From assembly GCF_049673265.1 (NCBI RefSeq), contig NZ_JBATXN010000687.1:1-41268 (forward strand): a stretch of 41,268 nt of DNA, read 5' to 3'. The stretch is from Mycobacterium sp. (GTDB lineage: Bacteria > Actinomycetota > Actinomycetes > Mycobacteriales > Mycobacteriaceae). The notes beneath the pieces are model-generated. The model did not search any database. It saw only the letters and a program-made list of their open reading frames with translations, and was not told where the DNA came from. Positions 31,018 through 41,250 of the stretch are shown in pieces. The translations under genes and the position numbers were made by a program. Position 1 is the first letter of the stretch; every line of letters starts with the position of its first letter.

Positions 31018-34000
31018 TCAACCCAGCCTTTCGGAAAGTTCTTTGAGCAGGTCGTCATCACTGAGGTCTTGATAAGCGTCGACGCTCTCCTGATCGGCAA
31101 CCTCGACCAGCTCCGGAAGGATCGTGGCCAAGTGGTCGGCGAGCGCCTCCACCGTCGGGTAGTCGAACACCACCGACGCGGGTAGCGACTCGCCCAGGCT
31201 GTCGGAAAGGGCACGCTGAAGCGTCACACTCATCAGCGAGTCCATCCCGGACTGGAAGAAACCCATCAACGGGTCCAGCAGCTGCGGTGACGCCAACCCC
31301 ATCGCCGCGACCACCTGCGCGGCGACGTGATCAACCAGCAGGCTGCGCCGGCGTTCCGGTTCGCAGTCCCGCAACGTTTCCCGGAACTCGGTGACCAGCG
31401 TCGATAACGTCGGCCCCGCGGTCTCGGTCGGCAGCAGCTCGTCCACGACGCGTAGCGCCGCACGGGTACTGCGGTACGCCGTGGCGAGCCGGGCCCAGTC
31501 GGCCGCGACGATCGTGGAGCGCACCGGCGTGCCGGGACCAGTGACCCACGGCAGCGCCTGGATAGCGACATCATCGGGCAGAGGCTCAAGACCGGAATCG
31601 AGAGTCACCTGCCGTTCGGCATCGGATTGGCTATCGGACAATGATTTCCAGAGCCCCCAGTTAATTGCGGTAGCCGGAAGTCCAGCCGCTCGGCGGGCGA
31701 ACGCGAACGTGTCCAGGAATGTCGTGGTGGCCGCATAGTGGGCCAGCCAGCGCGAGCCGGTCACTCCGGAAATCGACGAGAACAGCACGAACTGGCGCAC
31801 CGGGTGACGCACGGACAGCTTATGCAGCAACGCCACCACATCCAGTTTCGGCCGGAACATCGCGGTGACATCGTCATCGGTCATGTCGCGCAAGGTGATC
31901 GGCCCGCCCGCGAATGCCGCCCCGTAGATGCCGCCCAGCGGTGGAAGATCTGCGCCGAAGCGGTCGAACATCGCACTCATCGCGGTTTCATCAGCCGCGT
32001 CAGCAGCCACCGTCACCAAGGTGGTGCCGGTCGCCGACAGTTCGGCAGCCAACTCGTCCAACAGTGAACCGGGATTGCGGGACACCGCGACGACGGTGCC
32101 GGCCCCGGCGGCTGCAAGTTGCCGAATCAGATACGGCCCGATGTTCCCGGTTGCGCCGATGACCAGATAGCTACTGTCGCTGTCCAATTCAGCCGGGGCC
32201 GCCGCCGGCAGGTGACGGCTTTGCAGTCGTGGGACACGACGAACGCCAGCCCGGTATACGACCTGATCTTCTCCGTCGCCGCCGTGAGCTTCGTCGACCA
32301 CATATCGGGCGGCCAAGCCGGCGGGCACCGATTCGTCGACATCGATGATGCCGCCCCAGATTTCGGGATGCTCCAGTGCCAGCGTGCGACCCAATCCCCA
32401 TAGCACCGCCTGGCCGGGGTTGGCCCGATCGCCCTCATCGACAGGCTGGGCATTGCGGGTGAGCAGAAACAGCCGCGGCCCCACCCCCATCGCGGTCACC
32501 GCTGCGGTCAGCTTTCGCGCAGCGTTGAACAACGCATATCCCGATTCGGCGTCGAAATGGTCAGAAAGCACAGGGGGTGCGTAGAGCACATGCGTGGCTC
32601 CGGCGAGGGCGTCGGTGATCGCTTCAACCTCGCCGGCTTCGGCCAGCAGTGACGCGGGCAGCACCGTCACGTCAGACCCGTCACCGAGAACATGGCCGAG
32701 TTCGGCGCCAAGCTCGGAATCGGTGATCACCATCCACGAGCTATCCGCGTCTGCCCGCTCTGCGGACAATGCCCCCGCCGGCCAGGCCAGCTGGCTGTAC
32801 CACTGCGACGGAATCGGTCCATCGACGACCTGGCCGTTCGAAATGCCGGCATGCACAACATGTTTGGCCGGAGCCGATGGCCTAACCGTGGTCCAGTGTT
32901 TGCTGTGGTGCCAGGGGGTGGTGGGCAGTACCGGTGCCGGTTCTGCCGGGTGGTGCGTCTCCGGCGGCTGGCTGGTGTGGACGGCGTTGACGTTGGTATG
33001 GAAAGTGACCGTGTCATCACCGTCGCGCCACAACGTCCCGACCGCGTGGTGATGGGTCACCGATTCCAGCGTGTCGCTGACGGCGTGGGTCAAGATCGGG
33101 TGAGCGCTGACCTCGACGAAGGTGCCGTGGTCTTCGGCGGCTGCGGTAATGGCCTGGGTCAGCAGCGCCGGCTGGCGCACATTGGCCACCCAGTACTCGG
33201 CATCCAAGACCGGCGACGTGGTGCCTTCCACGACGGTCGAAATGAATGGAATCGCCGGCATCGAGGGCACCAGATCCGCCAGCGCAGAGCGCAGCTCAGG
33301 CAAGATCGGATCCATCAACGCGGTATGCGAGGCGACCTCCATGTTGACCCGACGCGCGAACTTGTTCTGCGCGCTCACCGCGGCGATCACCGCATCGACC
33401 GGAGCCACCGGCCCAGCGATCACCGTCTGCTGCGGTGAGACATAGCCCGCCACACTGACATTGGGATAGTCGGCAATCAACGCCGCGGTAGTCTCGGCGT
33501 CCAGTTTGAGTAGTCCCACCGCACCTTGCCCCGCGAGCTGCGACATCAGCCGCGAGCGGATAGCGATCACCCGTAGTCCGTCGGCCACCGTCAGCGCCCC
33601 GGCCACCACCGCGGCGGTGACTTCACCCATCGAATGACCGATCACGGCATCCGGGTGCACTCCATACGAGCGCCACAATTCGGTCAGCGCAAGTTGCAAA
33701 CCCATCAGCACCGGTTGCACTTGCGCATCGCCGCTCACCGGCTCGCCGCCGGCGATCACTTGTTGCAGCGAAAACCCAACGTGGGAAACGAAATCGTGCT
33801 CCAGATCGGCGATGGCCTCGGCGAACACCGGCTCGTCGGCAAGCAATTGGCGGCCCATGCCCGCCCAGTGCGAGCCCTGACCCGAGTACACGAACACCGT
33901 GCCGGGATTGCACGGGCCGTCGTGCGGACCCACGACTCCCTCGGCATGCCGACCGTCGGCCAGCGCTCGCAGACCGGTGATCGCGTCAGCGCGATCGCGG

Positions 34001-35778
34001 GCGCAAACCGTGGCGAAGTGAGCGTGTCGTTCTCGGTGGTGATTGAGCCCGTGGGCCACATCGGCCAACCGAACTGCGGAACCTGCATCGCCCATCCACT
34101 CGGCCAGCGCCCCGGCCATCGATGCAATCCGCTCGGGCGTCTTGCCCGACACCACCAAGGTGGTCGCAACCGGATCGGTTTCACGCAGAACGGGGACTGC
34201 CGCAGGAGCCTGCTCGATCACCGCATGTGCATTGGTGCCGCCGAACCCGAACGACGACACACCGGCCCGCCGTGGGTGCGGTGTGTGCGGCCAATTGCGT
34301 TGTTCAGCAACCACTTTCAGATGTAGCTGATCGAACGGGATATGCGGGTTCGGGTTGTGGAAGTGCAAATTCGCCGGAATACTCGCCCGCTGCACGGCGA
34401 GCACCGCCTTGATCAGACCGGCCATCCCAGCAGCTGCCTCGAGATGCCCGAGGTTCGACTTCGCCGTGCCGATCAACAAAGGCGACTGCTCCGGACGGCC
34501 CTTGCCCAAAACGGTGCCGAGCGCACGCGCCTCGATGGGATCCCCAAGCAGAGTCCCCGTGCCATGGGCCTCGACATAATCCACTTCGTGCGGCGGCACT
34601 CCCGCATTGGCGTACGCAGCGCGCAGTACCGCCATCTGGGCGGCGGGATTCGGGGCCAACAGGCCGTTGGACCGACCGTCCTGGTTGACGGCTGAACCCC
34701 GCACCAACGCCAGTACCCGGTCTCCGTCGTGCAATGCATCGCTGAGTCGCTTGAGCACCACGACACCGCAGCCCTCGCCACGGACGAACCCGTCAGCCTC
34801 GGCGTCGAACGCATGGCACGCACCGGTTGGCGACAATGCACCGGTTTGATCAAAGGCACGAAAAACGCCGGGCGCCAATAGCAAATTCACGCCAGCCGCA
34901 AGCGCCACATCCGAATCCCCGATCCGCAAACTCTGGCACGCCAGGTGCAAAGCGACGATCGACGATGAACAAGCAGTATCCACCGTCAACGACGGTCCAC
35001 GCAGGTCCAGGAAGTACGACAGCCGATTGGCGATGATGCTCAGCGCGCCGCCGGCGTTACTCCACGCGTCGATGCCGGGGAGATCGAGGCCTGCGAGGTA
35101 TCCGTAGTCGGTGTAGCACGCGCCGGCGAAGACCCCGGTCGGCGAGCGCCGCAGCGAACTCGGCGGAATTCCGGCGTGTTCCAATGCCTCCCACGCGACT
35201 TCCAGTAGCAGACGCTGCTGGGGGTCCATCTTGACGGCTTCGCGGCTTGAGATTTCAAAGAAATCCGCGTCAAAGTCGTCGACGTCGGCTAAGAACGACC
35301 CCGAACGAGTAGTGCGGGCCAACGCCGCCGCGACCTCAGGGGAGCCGTCGTCGAACGGCGCCCACCGTTCCGGCGGCAGCTCTCCCACCGCGGACCGACC
35401 TTCAGACAAGAACTGCCAGTAGTCCTCCGGTCCGTGGATCCCACCGGGGAATCGGCATCCCAGGCCGATGATCGCGATTGGCTCGTCCATGCGGCTTCGA
35501 TGCTCGGCCTCGAGAGCCGGCTCGGCGTCGGATGGCGACCCGCTGAGGAACTGCGCCAAGTCGGCGATCGACGGGTGCTCCCAGAATTCCACCGGCGAAA
35601 CTTTCCGACCGAGCAGCTCGGAGAGCTCACCGGACAGCACGACCGCGTCGCGCGAGCCCAAACCAAGATCGCTCATGGACGCGTCAAAGTCGATCTCGTA
35701 GGGACTCACACCCACGTTGGTCACCAGGTAGTCGGCCAGCCAGTGCCGAAGGGTCTCTTCGTCGAAAGGCGCGGTCAT
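31018..35778 (-). CDS. PKS2: loading module ACP-KS-AT-KR-ACP (PpsA-type loading ACP/KS, PpsB-type KR-ACP-C-dock)
   Basis: N-terminal ACP LRHWLADYLVTN..LGLGSRDAVVLSGEL, KS DTACSS, AT GHSMG and NMEVASH, no DH, KR GATGNIG..SRWLAHY, ACP GMDSL, and tail LLKELSERLG. ATG 35778 lies 1 nt after the PKS1 stop. Confidence 0.92.
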   Translation of the reverse strand: MTAPFDEETLRHWLADYLVTNVGVSPYEIDFDASMSDLGLGSRDAVVLSGELSELLGRKVSPVEFWEHPSIADLAQFLSGSPSDAEPALEAEHRSRMDEPIAIIGLGCRFPGGIHGPEDYWQFLSEGRSAVGELPPERWAPFDDGSPEVAAALARTTRSGSFLADVDDFDADFFEISSREAVKMDPQQRLLLEVAWEALEHAGIPPSSLRRSPTGVFAGACYTDYGYLAGLDLPGIDAWSNAGGALSIIANRLSYFLDLRGPSLTVDTACSSSIVALHLACQSLRIGDSDVALAAGVNLLLAPGVFRAFDQTGALSPTGACHAFDAEADGFVRGEGCGVVVLKRLSDALHDGDRVLALVRGSAVNQDGRSNGLLAPNPAAQMAVLRAAYANAGVPPHEVDYVEAHGTGTLLGDPIEARALGTVLGKGRPEQSPLLIGTAKSNLGHLEAAAGMAGLIKAVLAVQRASIPANLHFHNPNPHIPFDQLHLKVVAEQRNWPHTPHPRRAGVSSFGFGGTNAHAVIEQAPAAVPVLRETDPVATTLVVSGKTPERIASMAGALAEWMGDAGSAVRLADVAHGLNHHRERHAHFATVCARDRADAITGLRALADGRHAEGVVGPHDGPCNPGTVFVYSGQGSHWAGMGRQLLADEPVFAEAIADLEHDFVSHVGFSLQQVIAGGEPVSGDAQVQPVLMGLQLALTELWRSYGVHPDAVIGHSMGEVTAAVVAGALTVADGLRVIAIRSRLMSQLAGQGAVGLLKLDAETTAALIADYPNVSVAGYVSPQQTVIAGPVAPVDAVIAAVSAQNKFARRVNMEVASHTALMDPILPELRSALADLVPSMPAIPFISTVVEGTTSPVLDAEYWVANVRQPALLTQAITAAAEDHGTFVEVSAHPILTHAVSDTLESVTHHHAVGTLWRDGDDTVTFHTNVNAVHTSQPPETHHPAEPAPVLPTTPWHHSKHWTTVRPSAPAKHVVHAGISNGQVVDGPIPSQWYSQLAWPAGALSAERADADSSWMVITDSELGAELGHVLGDGSDVTVLPASLLAEAGEVEAITDALAGATHVLYAPPVLSDHFDAESGYALFNAARKLTAAVTAMGVGPRLFLLTRNAQPVDEGDRANPGQAVLWGLGRTLALEHPEIWGGIIDVDESVPAGLAARYVVDEAHGGDGEDQVVYRAGVRRVPRLQSRHLPAAAPAELDSDSSYLVIGATGNIGPYLIRQLAAAGAGTVVAVSRNPGSLLDELAAELSATGTTLVTVAADAADETAMSAMFDRFGADLPPLGGIYGAAFAGGPITLRDMTDDDVTAMFRPKLDVVALLHKLSVRHPVRQFVLFSSISGVTGSRWLAHYAATTTFLDTFAFARRAAGLPATAINWGLWKSLSDSQSDAERQVTLDSGLEPLPDDVAIQALPWVTGPGTPVRSTIVAADWARLATAYRSTRAALRVVDELLPTETAGPTLSTLVTEFRETLRDCEPERRRSLLVDHVAAQVVAAMGLASPQLLDPLMGFFQSGMDSLMSVTLQRALSDSLGESLPASVVFDYPTVEALADHLATILPELVEVADQESVDAYQDLSDDDLLKELSERLG

Positions 35779-35779
35779 A

Positions 35780-38700
35780 TCAGATACCCCTCTCACTACC
35801 AGCCGGCGCCGACTCCACGCTGTCGAACAGGTCGTCCAAAACACTGCTGTCCGTGCCGCGCAGCGCGTCGACGTCGTTGTCCGAATCTGTCTGCGGTAGA
35901 AGCTTCTTGGCCAGATGCTCGGCTAACGTAAGGATTGTCGGATAGTTGAAAAGCATCGTCGCTGACAGCTCGATGCCGACGAACTGCTCGGTGTCTCGGC
36001 GAACCGACATTGCCATCACCGAGTTGAGGCCCAGCTCCGCAAACGGCAGGTCCAGTGCGAGCTCGGCTTCCGGCATTTGCAGTTCACGGGCAAGGATGGT
36101 TCGCAGCCCGGCCTCGAGTTCGCGCAGGACCTCCTCGGCGGGCATTTCCGACCATCTCGGGGATATCGCCGGCGCGTCTTCCGCCGCCGGTGCGTCGGAC
36201 GACGGCAGAGGAGCCATCACGGCTTGAGCGACGTCGTAGCGCTCCAGGTACTCCCATGCCGCGAAGGCTTCGTCCGGGGTGACGGGCCGTGAGCCCAAGC
36301 GCTCGAGTTCCTGCATCGCGATTTGAGCGTCCGTGCCGAACCCGAGTCCCCGCCAGACCACCCAATCCAAGCTGACAGTGTGGCAGCCCTGGCGGTGACG
36401 CGCGTGGGCCAGCCCGTCCAGGTAGGCATTGGCCGCGGCGTAGGCGCCCTGCCCAGGGACACCGAACACCGCCCCGGCCGCGGCAGTCATGAACAAGAAG
36501 TCGAGGCTACCGGGCGGGAAAACCTCGTGCAACGCCTGCGCACCGGCGATTTTCGGCGACATGGTGTGGCGAAGACGGCTCTCGGTAACCTCGGTCAAAA
36601 GTTGGGCGTCGGTGATTCCGGCAGCGTGGACGACGCCGCGGATCAGCGGGGCGCCGTCGGCGTCCCGCTTGGCAACAAGCTCTCGCACCGCATCAGGCGA
36701 ACCCACGTCGAGGGCCACCGCATCCACCGTTACCCCCCGCGATTCCAGCGCGCGGATAGCGGCGATCTTGCGCCTCGTGTCGGCGTCAGCGATGTCGTCC
36801 CACTCACGACGTGGTGGCAGCGGCGTGCGGCCGGCCAGTATCACACGACGCGCGCCACGATCCGCGAGCCAACCTGCGATCAGCAGACCCAGCGCACCCA
36901 TGCCGCCGGTGACCAGGTAAGCCGCGTCCGGGCGGCACCGCAGCGGCTCGCGGGCCGGCTCCCCGGAGATCGGCGCCATCACCTGCGTGAGGAATTCGCC
37001 GTCGCGCAGCGCCAGGATGGACTTGGTCGGCGTCCGCAGGATCGTGGATAGCGGCACTACCCAATCAACGAGGTTTACTCCGTCCGGCACGTCGATCAGG
37101 CCGCCCCACAACTGCGGCTGCTCGGCCCGGATGACCCCCGCGGTCCCCCAGAGGCAACTTTGCCGCACGGCCGTGGCGGAGGAACCCTCCCGAACGCCGC
37201 GGGTGACGATCCACAACGTGACCGGCTGGTCATCGTCGCGCTTGGCGAGCCTTCGGACCAGATCGGCCACTTCGGTCGACAGCCGAACCGCGCAGTCGAG
37301 ATCGGTAGTATCCGAACCGGATTCCGCTACATACAGCACGTAGCGCGCCTCAGCGGCATCGGCCGACGGGTAACCAGCATCGGCCAGCCGATCACGCAAA
37401 GTGCCGACCATGCTTTCGTCACCGAGCACCGCGATGGTGGCCAATCCATCTGATGAGTCGGCACCACCCTCGGCCCGGAAGGGTTGCCAATCGATCGCGT
37501 GCACCATCGTCGACGGGTCGTCGTTGGCCGACGCCGCCATATTCGAGTCCACCACTGCGTAGCGAAGTCCCTGGACTTCGATGCAGGTGCTGCCGTCCGG
37601 CGCCGTTACCGCAAGGTCGACGATCAGCTCGTCGTCGTTGCCGCCGCGCCGATGCACCTCGATGTGTCCATGCTGCTCAACAAGTTCGGCTTCAAACCGG
37701 ACACTTGCTGCCGCGGCCGGAATCATCAGCCGCGGGTTGTCGCTGTCCAGCAGCCGGGCGAGGTGGATGGCGGCATCGAGCAGCGCGACCGCCGAGGGTG
37801 TAGACAGCTCGACCTCGGCATCCAATCGATCGGCCGACGACCGGCAGGAGCGGACCGACCACTCGAACGGCCGCCCTTCGCTGCCCCAGGTCCGCCACAG
37901 CGACGTAACCGACTCGTCGACGAACTCGGTGTCCGCCGTGTCAACGGCGTGCAGGGACTGGCGTGCCGCCGCCTGGTCGGGCAGCTCGCGAGAGATTCGG
38001 GCATGGCAGTGCTTGACCCACCGTTGCGCGGTGCTCTCGGCGCCGGCACTCGCGGAACTCGATGACACCGTGACCGATTGGCCGTCGGCAACCACCTGGA
38101 TCACCCGCGGTTCGTCGACGACGATCGGATATTCGAATCGGACGTCGGAGGTTATCCATGTCCCATATTCAGCGGCCGCGGCCGAAAGCGTCTGCAACAG
38201 AACCGATATCGGAACTATCTCGACACCATTGTTGTGATGAGATCCCGGATACGGCTTGTTGGCCGGGGTCAGCCGCGCCTGCCACATATGCGTTGGCGGC
38301 GTGGTGGTGACGGCGATGTGCTCACCGAGCAGGGTGCCGGGCTTGGGCGCGGATTCGGCTGCTTTGACGTAATTCTCGGCGCTGATCCAGTGCTGGGTGT
38401 GGTGCCAAGGCGCGCTGGGCAGCACCGGATGCGGCTCGGGCGGATGCGGCACCTGCGGGGGACGGAAGACACAAGTGCTGTTGAAGTTGGTGTGGAAGCT
38501 GACCGTGTCATCACCATCGCGCGTCAGCGTTCCGATGCTGTGATGATGAGTGGATTCCAGCGTTTCGGTCACGGCGTGCGCCAGCGTGGGATGTGGGCTG
38601 ACTTCGATGAAAGTCGCGTGCTGCTCGGCCGCGGTGGCGATGGCTTGGTGTAGCCGCACCGGCTGACGCACATTGGCGACCCAGTACTGTGCATCCAAAG

Positions 38701-41092
38701 GCGGCAGTGCGGCACCGTCGCCGTCGACGATGGTGGAGATGAAGGGAATCGTCGGCGCCTTGGGCGCCAGATCCGAAAGCGCCGAGCGCAATTCGGCCAA
38801 GATGGGATCCATCAGTGCGGTATGCGAGGCGACTTCCATGTTCACTCGCTTCGCGAATCGTTCTTGTGCCGTTACCGCGGCGATCACCACATCAACCTGC
38901 GTCACCGACCCGGCGACCACGGTCTGGCGCGGCGAGAGGTAACCCGCCAAACTCACTTCGGGATAGTCGACGATTAGCTTTTCGGCCGCGTTGGCGTCAA
39001 GCTCCAGCAGCGCCACGGCCCCTTGGCCGGCCAGCCGCGACATCAAGCGCGACCGGATCGCGATAACCCGCAGCCCCTCAGCCGGGCTCAGCGCCCCGGC
39101 AACTACCGCCGCGGTCACCTCTCCCATCGAATGCCCAATCACCGCATCGGGTTCCACGCCATACGAGCGCCACAAGGCCGTCAACGCCAACTGCAAACCC
39201 ATCAACACCGGCTGCACCCGCGCGTCGCCGGCCACTGGCTGGCCCTCAGCGAGCACCTGCCGCAGCGAAAATCCGACGTGCTCGACGAACAACGGCTCCA
39301 ACTCGTCCACCGCAGCGGCGAAAGTCGGCTCATCCGTTAACAATTGCCGGCCCATGCCCGCCCACTGCGAGCCCTGACCCGAATACACGAAGACGGTGCC
39401 CGGTTTACACAACCCGGCGTGGGCGCCCACCACACCGACTGCTGATTCACCGTTCGCCAACGCCTGCAGGCCAGCGACGGCCTGGGCACGATCGCGCGCG
39501 CAGACCGTGGCGAAAACCTTGTGGTGGGTGCGGTGATGGTTAAGGGTGTGGGCGACATCAGCCAGTGAAGCGCCGGCGCCGTCGGCGATCATCCAGTCGG
39601 CGAGCATCGCGGCCGTCGAGGCGATCCGTGCGCGGGTCTTCCCTGAGATCACCAAGGTGGTCAGCACCGGTTCCGGTTGCGCGGCCGCCGGCTCGGCGGC
39701 CGGGGCCTCCTCGATCACCACGTGCGCGTTGGTTCCACTGACGCCGAATGACGAAACTGCCGCCCGTCGGGCGCGCGCCACGCCGGGCCATTGCATGCCC
39801 TGATCGGCGATTGTGAACCGGGAAGCGCCCTCGACCGCATTCGGAGTCAGCTGCTTGAAGTGCAGATGCCGCGGGATGTAGCCATGCTGCACGGTCAACA
39901 CAGTCTTGATAAACCCGGCGATCCCGGCCGCTGATTCCAGATGACCCAGGTTTGTCTTCACTGAACCCAACACCAGCGGCGCCGAGCCGTTCCGGTCGCC
40001 GAAGATGTTGCTCAACGCCCCCAACTCGATCGGATCACCCAACGCGGTGCCGGTGCCGTGCGCCTCGATGTAGTCAATCTCCCAAGGCTCCAACCGTGCG
40101 GCCGCCAGCGCGGCACGCATCACAGCTTGCTGGGCCGGTCCGCTGGGCACCGTCTGCCCGCTGCTGGGACCATCCTGGTTGACCGCCGAACCACGCACCA
40201 CAGCCGACACCGAATCCCCGTCGCGCAGCGCATCGCTGAGCCGCTTGAGCACGACCACTCCGCAACCCTCGCTGCGGACATAGCCGTCCGCATCTGCATC
40301 GAAGGTTTTGCACCGGCCGTCGGGAGCCAACATTCCCCACCGCGAGGTGGCGACGCTGTTTTCCGGGCTCAGCATCAGGTTGACCCCGGCGGCCAACGCC
40401 TGGTCGCTTTCGCGTCGGCGCAGGCTTTGACATGCCAAATGAATGCTGACCAGCGACGACGAGCACGCGGTGTCGACTACGACCGCCGGGCCGTGCACAC
40501 CCAGGAAATAGGACAACCGCCCGGCGGCGAAGTTCGCCGCGTTCCCGAACGGAAGGTGTGGGTCGACCTGGTCTGGCGGCAACTTGCCGGCCAAGGTCAG
40601 CGTGTAGTCATTGGTGGTCATCCCGACGAAGACCGAAGTTTGCGTGCCGCGGATCATCTGTGCGGTGACGCCCGCGTTTTCTAATGCCTCCCAGCTGACT
40701 TCGAGCAACAGCCGCTGCTGAGGATCCATTGCGGCTGCCTCGCGCGGTGAGATGCCGAAGAACTCAGCGTCGAATTCGTCGGGTCGCCACGACGTGAGGA
40801 AACCGCCCTCAGGGCAGCAGATCGTGCCCGGCACGGAGTGGTCGTCGGAGTAGAAGGCGTCGGCGTCCCAACGCTCCGCGGGCACCCGCACGATGCCGCT
40901 GGCGCCGTCTTGCAGCAACCGCCAGTACTGGGTTGTGTTGTTCGCCCCACCTGGAAAACGGCAGCCCATCCCCACCACGGCGATCGGCTCGGTGTCGCCC
41001 TTTTGAGCAATTTCCAGCTGCGCCGTTAGATCATCGATCTTGCGCAACGCCTCGGTGATGATCGCACGACGATCCGGCGGCGCACCAGTCAT
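35780..41092 (-). CDS. PKS1: Pps-family module KS-AT-DH(PpsA-like, divergent)-KR-ACP (PpsC-type N-dock/KS on a PpsA-type C-half)
   Basis: N-terminus [31 protein letters not shown] and NMEVASH, DH-like [45 protein letters not shown], and tail [22 protein letters not shown]. Confidence 0.92.
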   Translation of the reverse strand: MTGAPPDRRAIITEALRKIDDLTAQLEIAQKGDTEPIAVVGMGCRFPGGANNTTQYWRLLQDGASGIVRVPAERWDADAFYSDDHSVPGTICCPEGGFLTSWRPDEFDAEFFGISPREAAAMDPQQRLLLEVSWEALENAGVTAQMIRGTQTSVFVGMTTNDYTLTLAGKLPPDQVDPHLPFGNAANFAAGRLSYFLGVHGPAVVVDTACSSSLVSIHLACQSLRRRESDQALAAGVNLMLSPENSVATSRWGMLAPDGRCKTFDADADGYVRSEGCGVVVLKRLSDALRDGDSVSAVVRGSAVNQDGPSSGQTVPSGPAQQAVMRAALAAARLEPWEIDYIEAHGTGTALGDPIELGALSNIFGDRNGSAPLVLGSVKTNLGHLESAAGIAGFIKTVLTVQHGYIPRHLHFKQLTPNAVEGASRFTIADQGMQWPGVARARRAAVSSFGVSGTNAHVVIEEAPAAEPAAAQPEPVLTTLVISGKTRARIASTAAMLADWMIADGAGASLADVAHTLNHHRTHHKVFATVCARDRAQAVAGLQALANGESAVGVVGAHAGLCKPGTVFVYSGQGSQWAGMGRQLLTDEPTFAAAVDELEPLFVEHVGFSLRQVLAEGQPVAGDARVQPVLMGLQLALTALWRSYGVEPDAVIGHSMGEVTAAVVAGALSPAEGLRVIAIRSRLMSRLAGQGAVALLELDANAAEKLIVDYPEVSLAGYLSPRQTVVAGSVTQVDVVIAAVTAQERFAKRVNMEVASHTALMDPILAELRSALSDLAPKAPTIPFISTIVDGDGAALPPLDAQYWVANVRQPVRLHQAIATAAEQHATFIEVSPHPTLAHAVTETLESTHHHSIGTLTRDGDDTVSFHTNFNSTCVFRPPQVPHPPEPHPVLPSAPWHHTQHWISAENYVKAAESAPKPGTLLGEHIAVTTTPPTHMWQARLTPANKPYPGSHHNNGVEIVPISVLLQTLSAAAAEYGTWITSDVRFEYPIVVDEPRVIQVVADGQSVTVSSSSASAGAESTAQRWVKHCHARISRELPDQAAARQSLHAVDTADTEFVDESVTSLWRTWGSEGRPFEWSVRSCRSSADRLDAEVELSTPSAVALLDAAIHLARLLDSDNPRLMIPAAAASVRFEAELVEQHGHIEVHRRGGNDDELIVDLAVTAPDGSTCIEVQGLRYAVVDSNMAASANDDPSTMVHAIDWQPFRAEGGADSSDGLATIAVLGDESMVGTLRDRLADAGYPSADAAEARYVLYVAESGSDTTDLDCAVRLSTEVADLVRRLAKRDDDQPVTLWIVTRGVREGSSATAVRQSCLWGTAGVIRAEQPQLWGGLIDVPDGVNLVDWVVPLSTILRTPTKSILALRDGEFLTQVMAPISGEPAREPLRCRPDAAYLVTGGMGALGLLIAGWLADRGARRVILAGRTPLPPRREWDDIADADTRRKIAAIRALESRGVTVDAVALDVGSPDAVRELVAKRDADGAPLIRGVVHAAGITDAQLLTEVTESRLRHTMSPKIAGAQALHEVFPPGSLDFLFMTAAAGAVFGVPGQGAYAAANAYLDGLAHARHRQGCHTVSLDWVVWRGLGFGTDAQIAMQELERLGSRPVTPDEAFAAWEYLERYDVAQAVMAPLPSSDAPAAEDAPAISPRWSEMPAEEVLRELEAGLRTILARELQMPEAELALDLPFAELGLNSVMAMSVRRDTEQFVGIELSATMLFNYPTILTLAEHLAKKLLPQTDSDNDVDALRGTDSSVLDDLFDSVESAPAGSERGI

Positions 41093-41154
41093 CGCGCTCC
41101 CCCCAATCTGCCAGAAAGCTCTGCGAGGTACTCAGCCCCGCCCCGAGATGTCAT
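41089..41154 (-). pseudogene. Relic (or small ORF) homologous to the PKS2 C-terminal docking tail
   Basis: [21 protein letters not shown] overlaps the PKS1 ATG (ATGA) and aligns without gaps to the PKS2 end LKELSERLG* plus spacer. Confidence 0.6.
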
Positions 41155-41223
41155 CCGGTCTTGTTCCGGCGCCCGGCGCGCTCCTTTAGCACAGCGGGTG
41201 CAAAACATTCGGTTGATGGCATT

Positions 41224-41250
41224 GGCTTTACTCTCGCTGAGTGTAAAGCC
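41224..41250. promoter_or_regulatory. Inverted repeat overlapping a candidate -10 of the PKS operon
   Basis: GGCTTTAC-tctcgctgagt-GTAAAGCC, containing a minus-strand TACACT at 41240-41245 and a plus-strand TACTCT at 41229-41234. Confidence 0.5.

Noticed and set aside
35779..35844. ORF-track N-terminal extensions (35844, 1903, 3113, 13600)
   Set aside because: They overlap neighbours or precede family-typical N-termini. Downstream starts fit SD or leaderless signals better.
15805..41092. Calling the five PKS genes ppsA-ppsE of a canonical PDIM locus
   Set aside because: The loading ACP is in gene 2, there is no ER module, docking ends are duplicated, and drrABC, mas and fadD26 are absent. 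Only ppsE and papA5 earn symbols.
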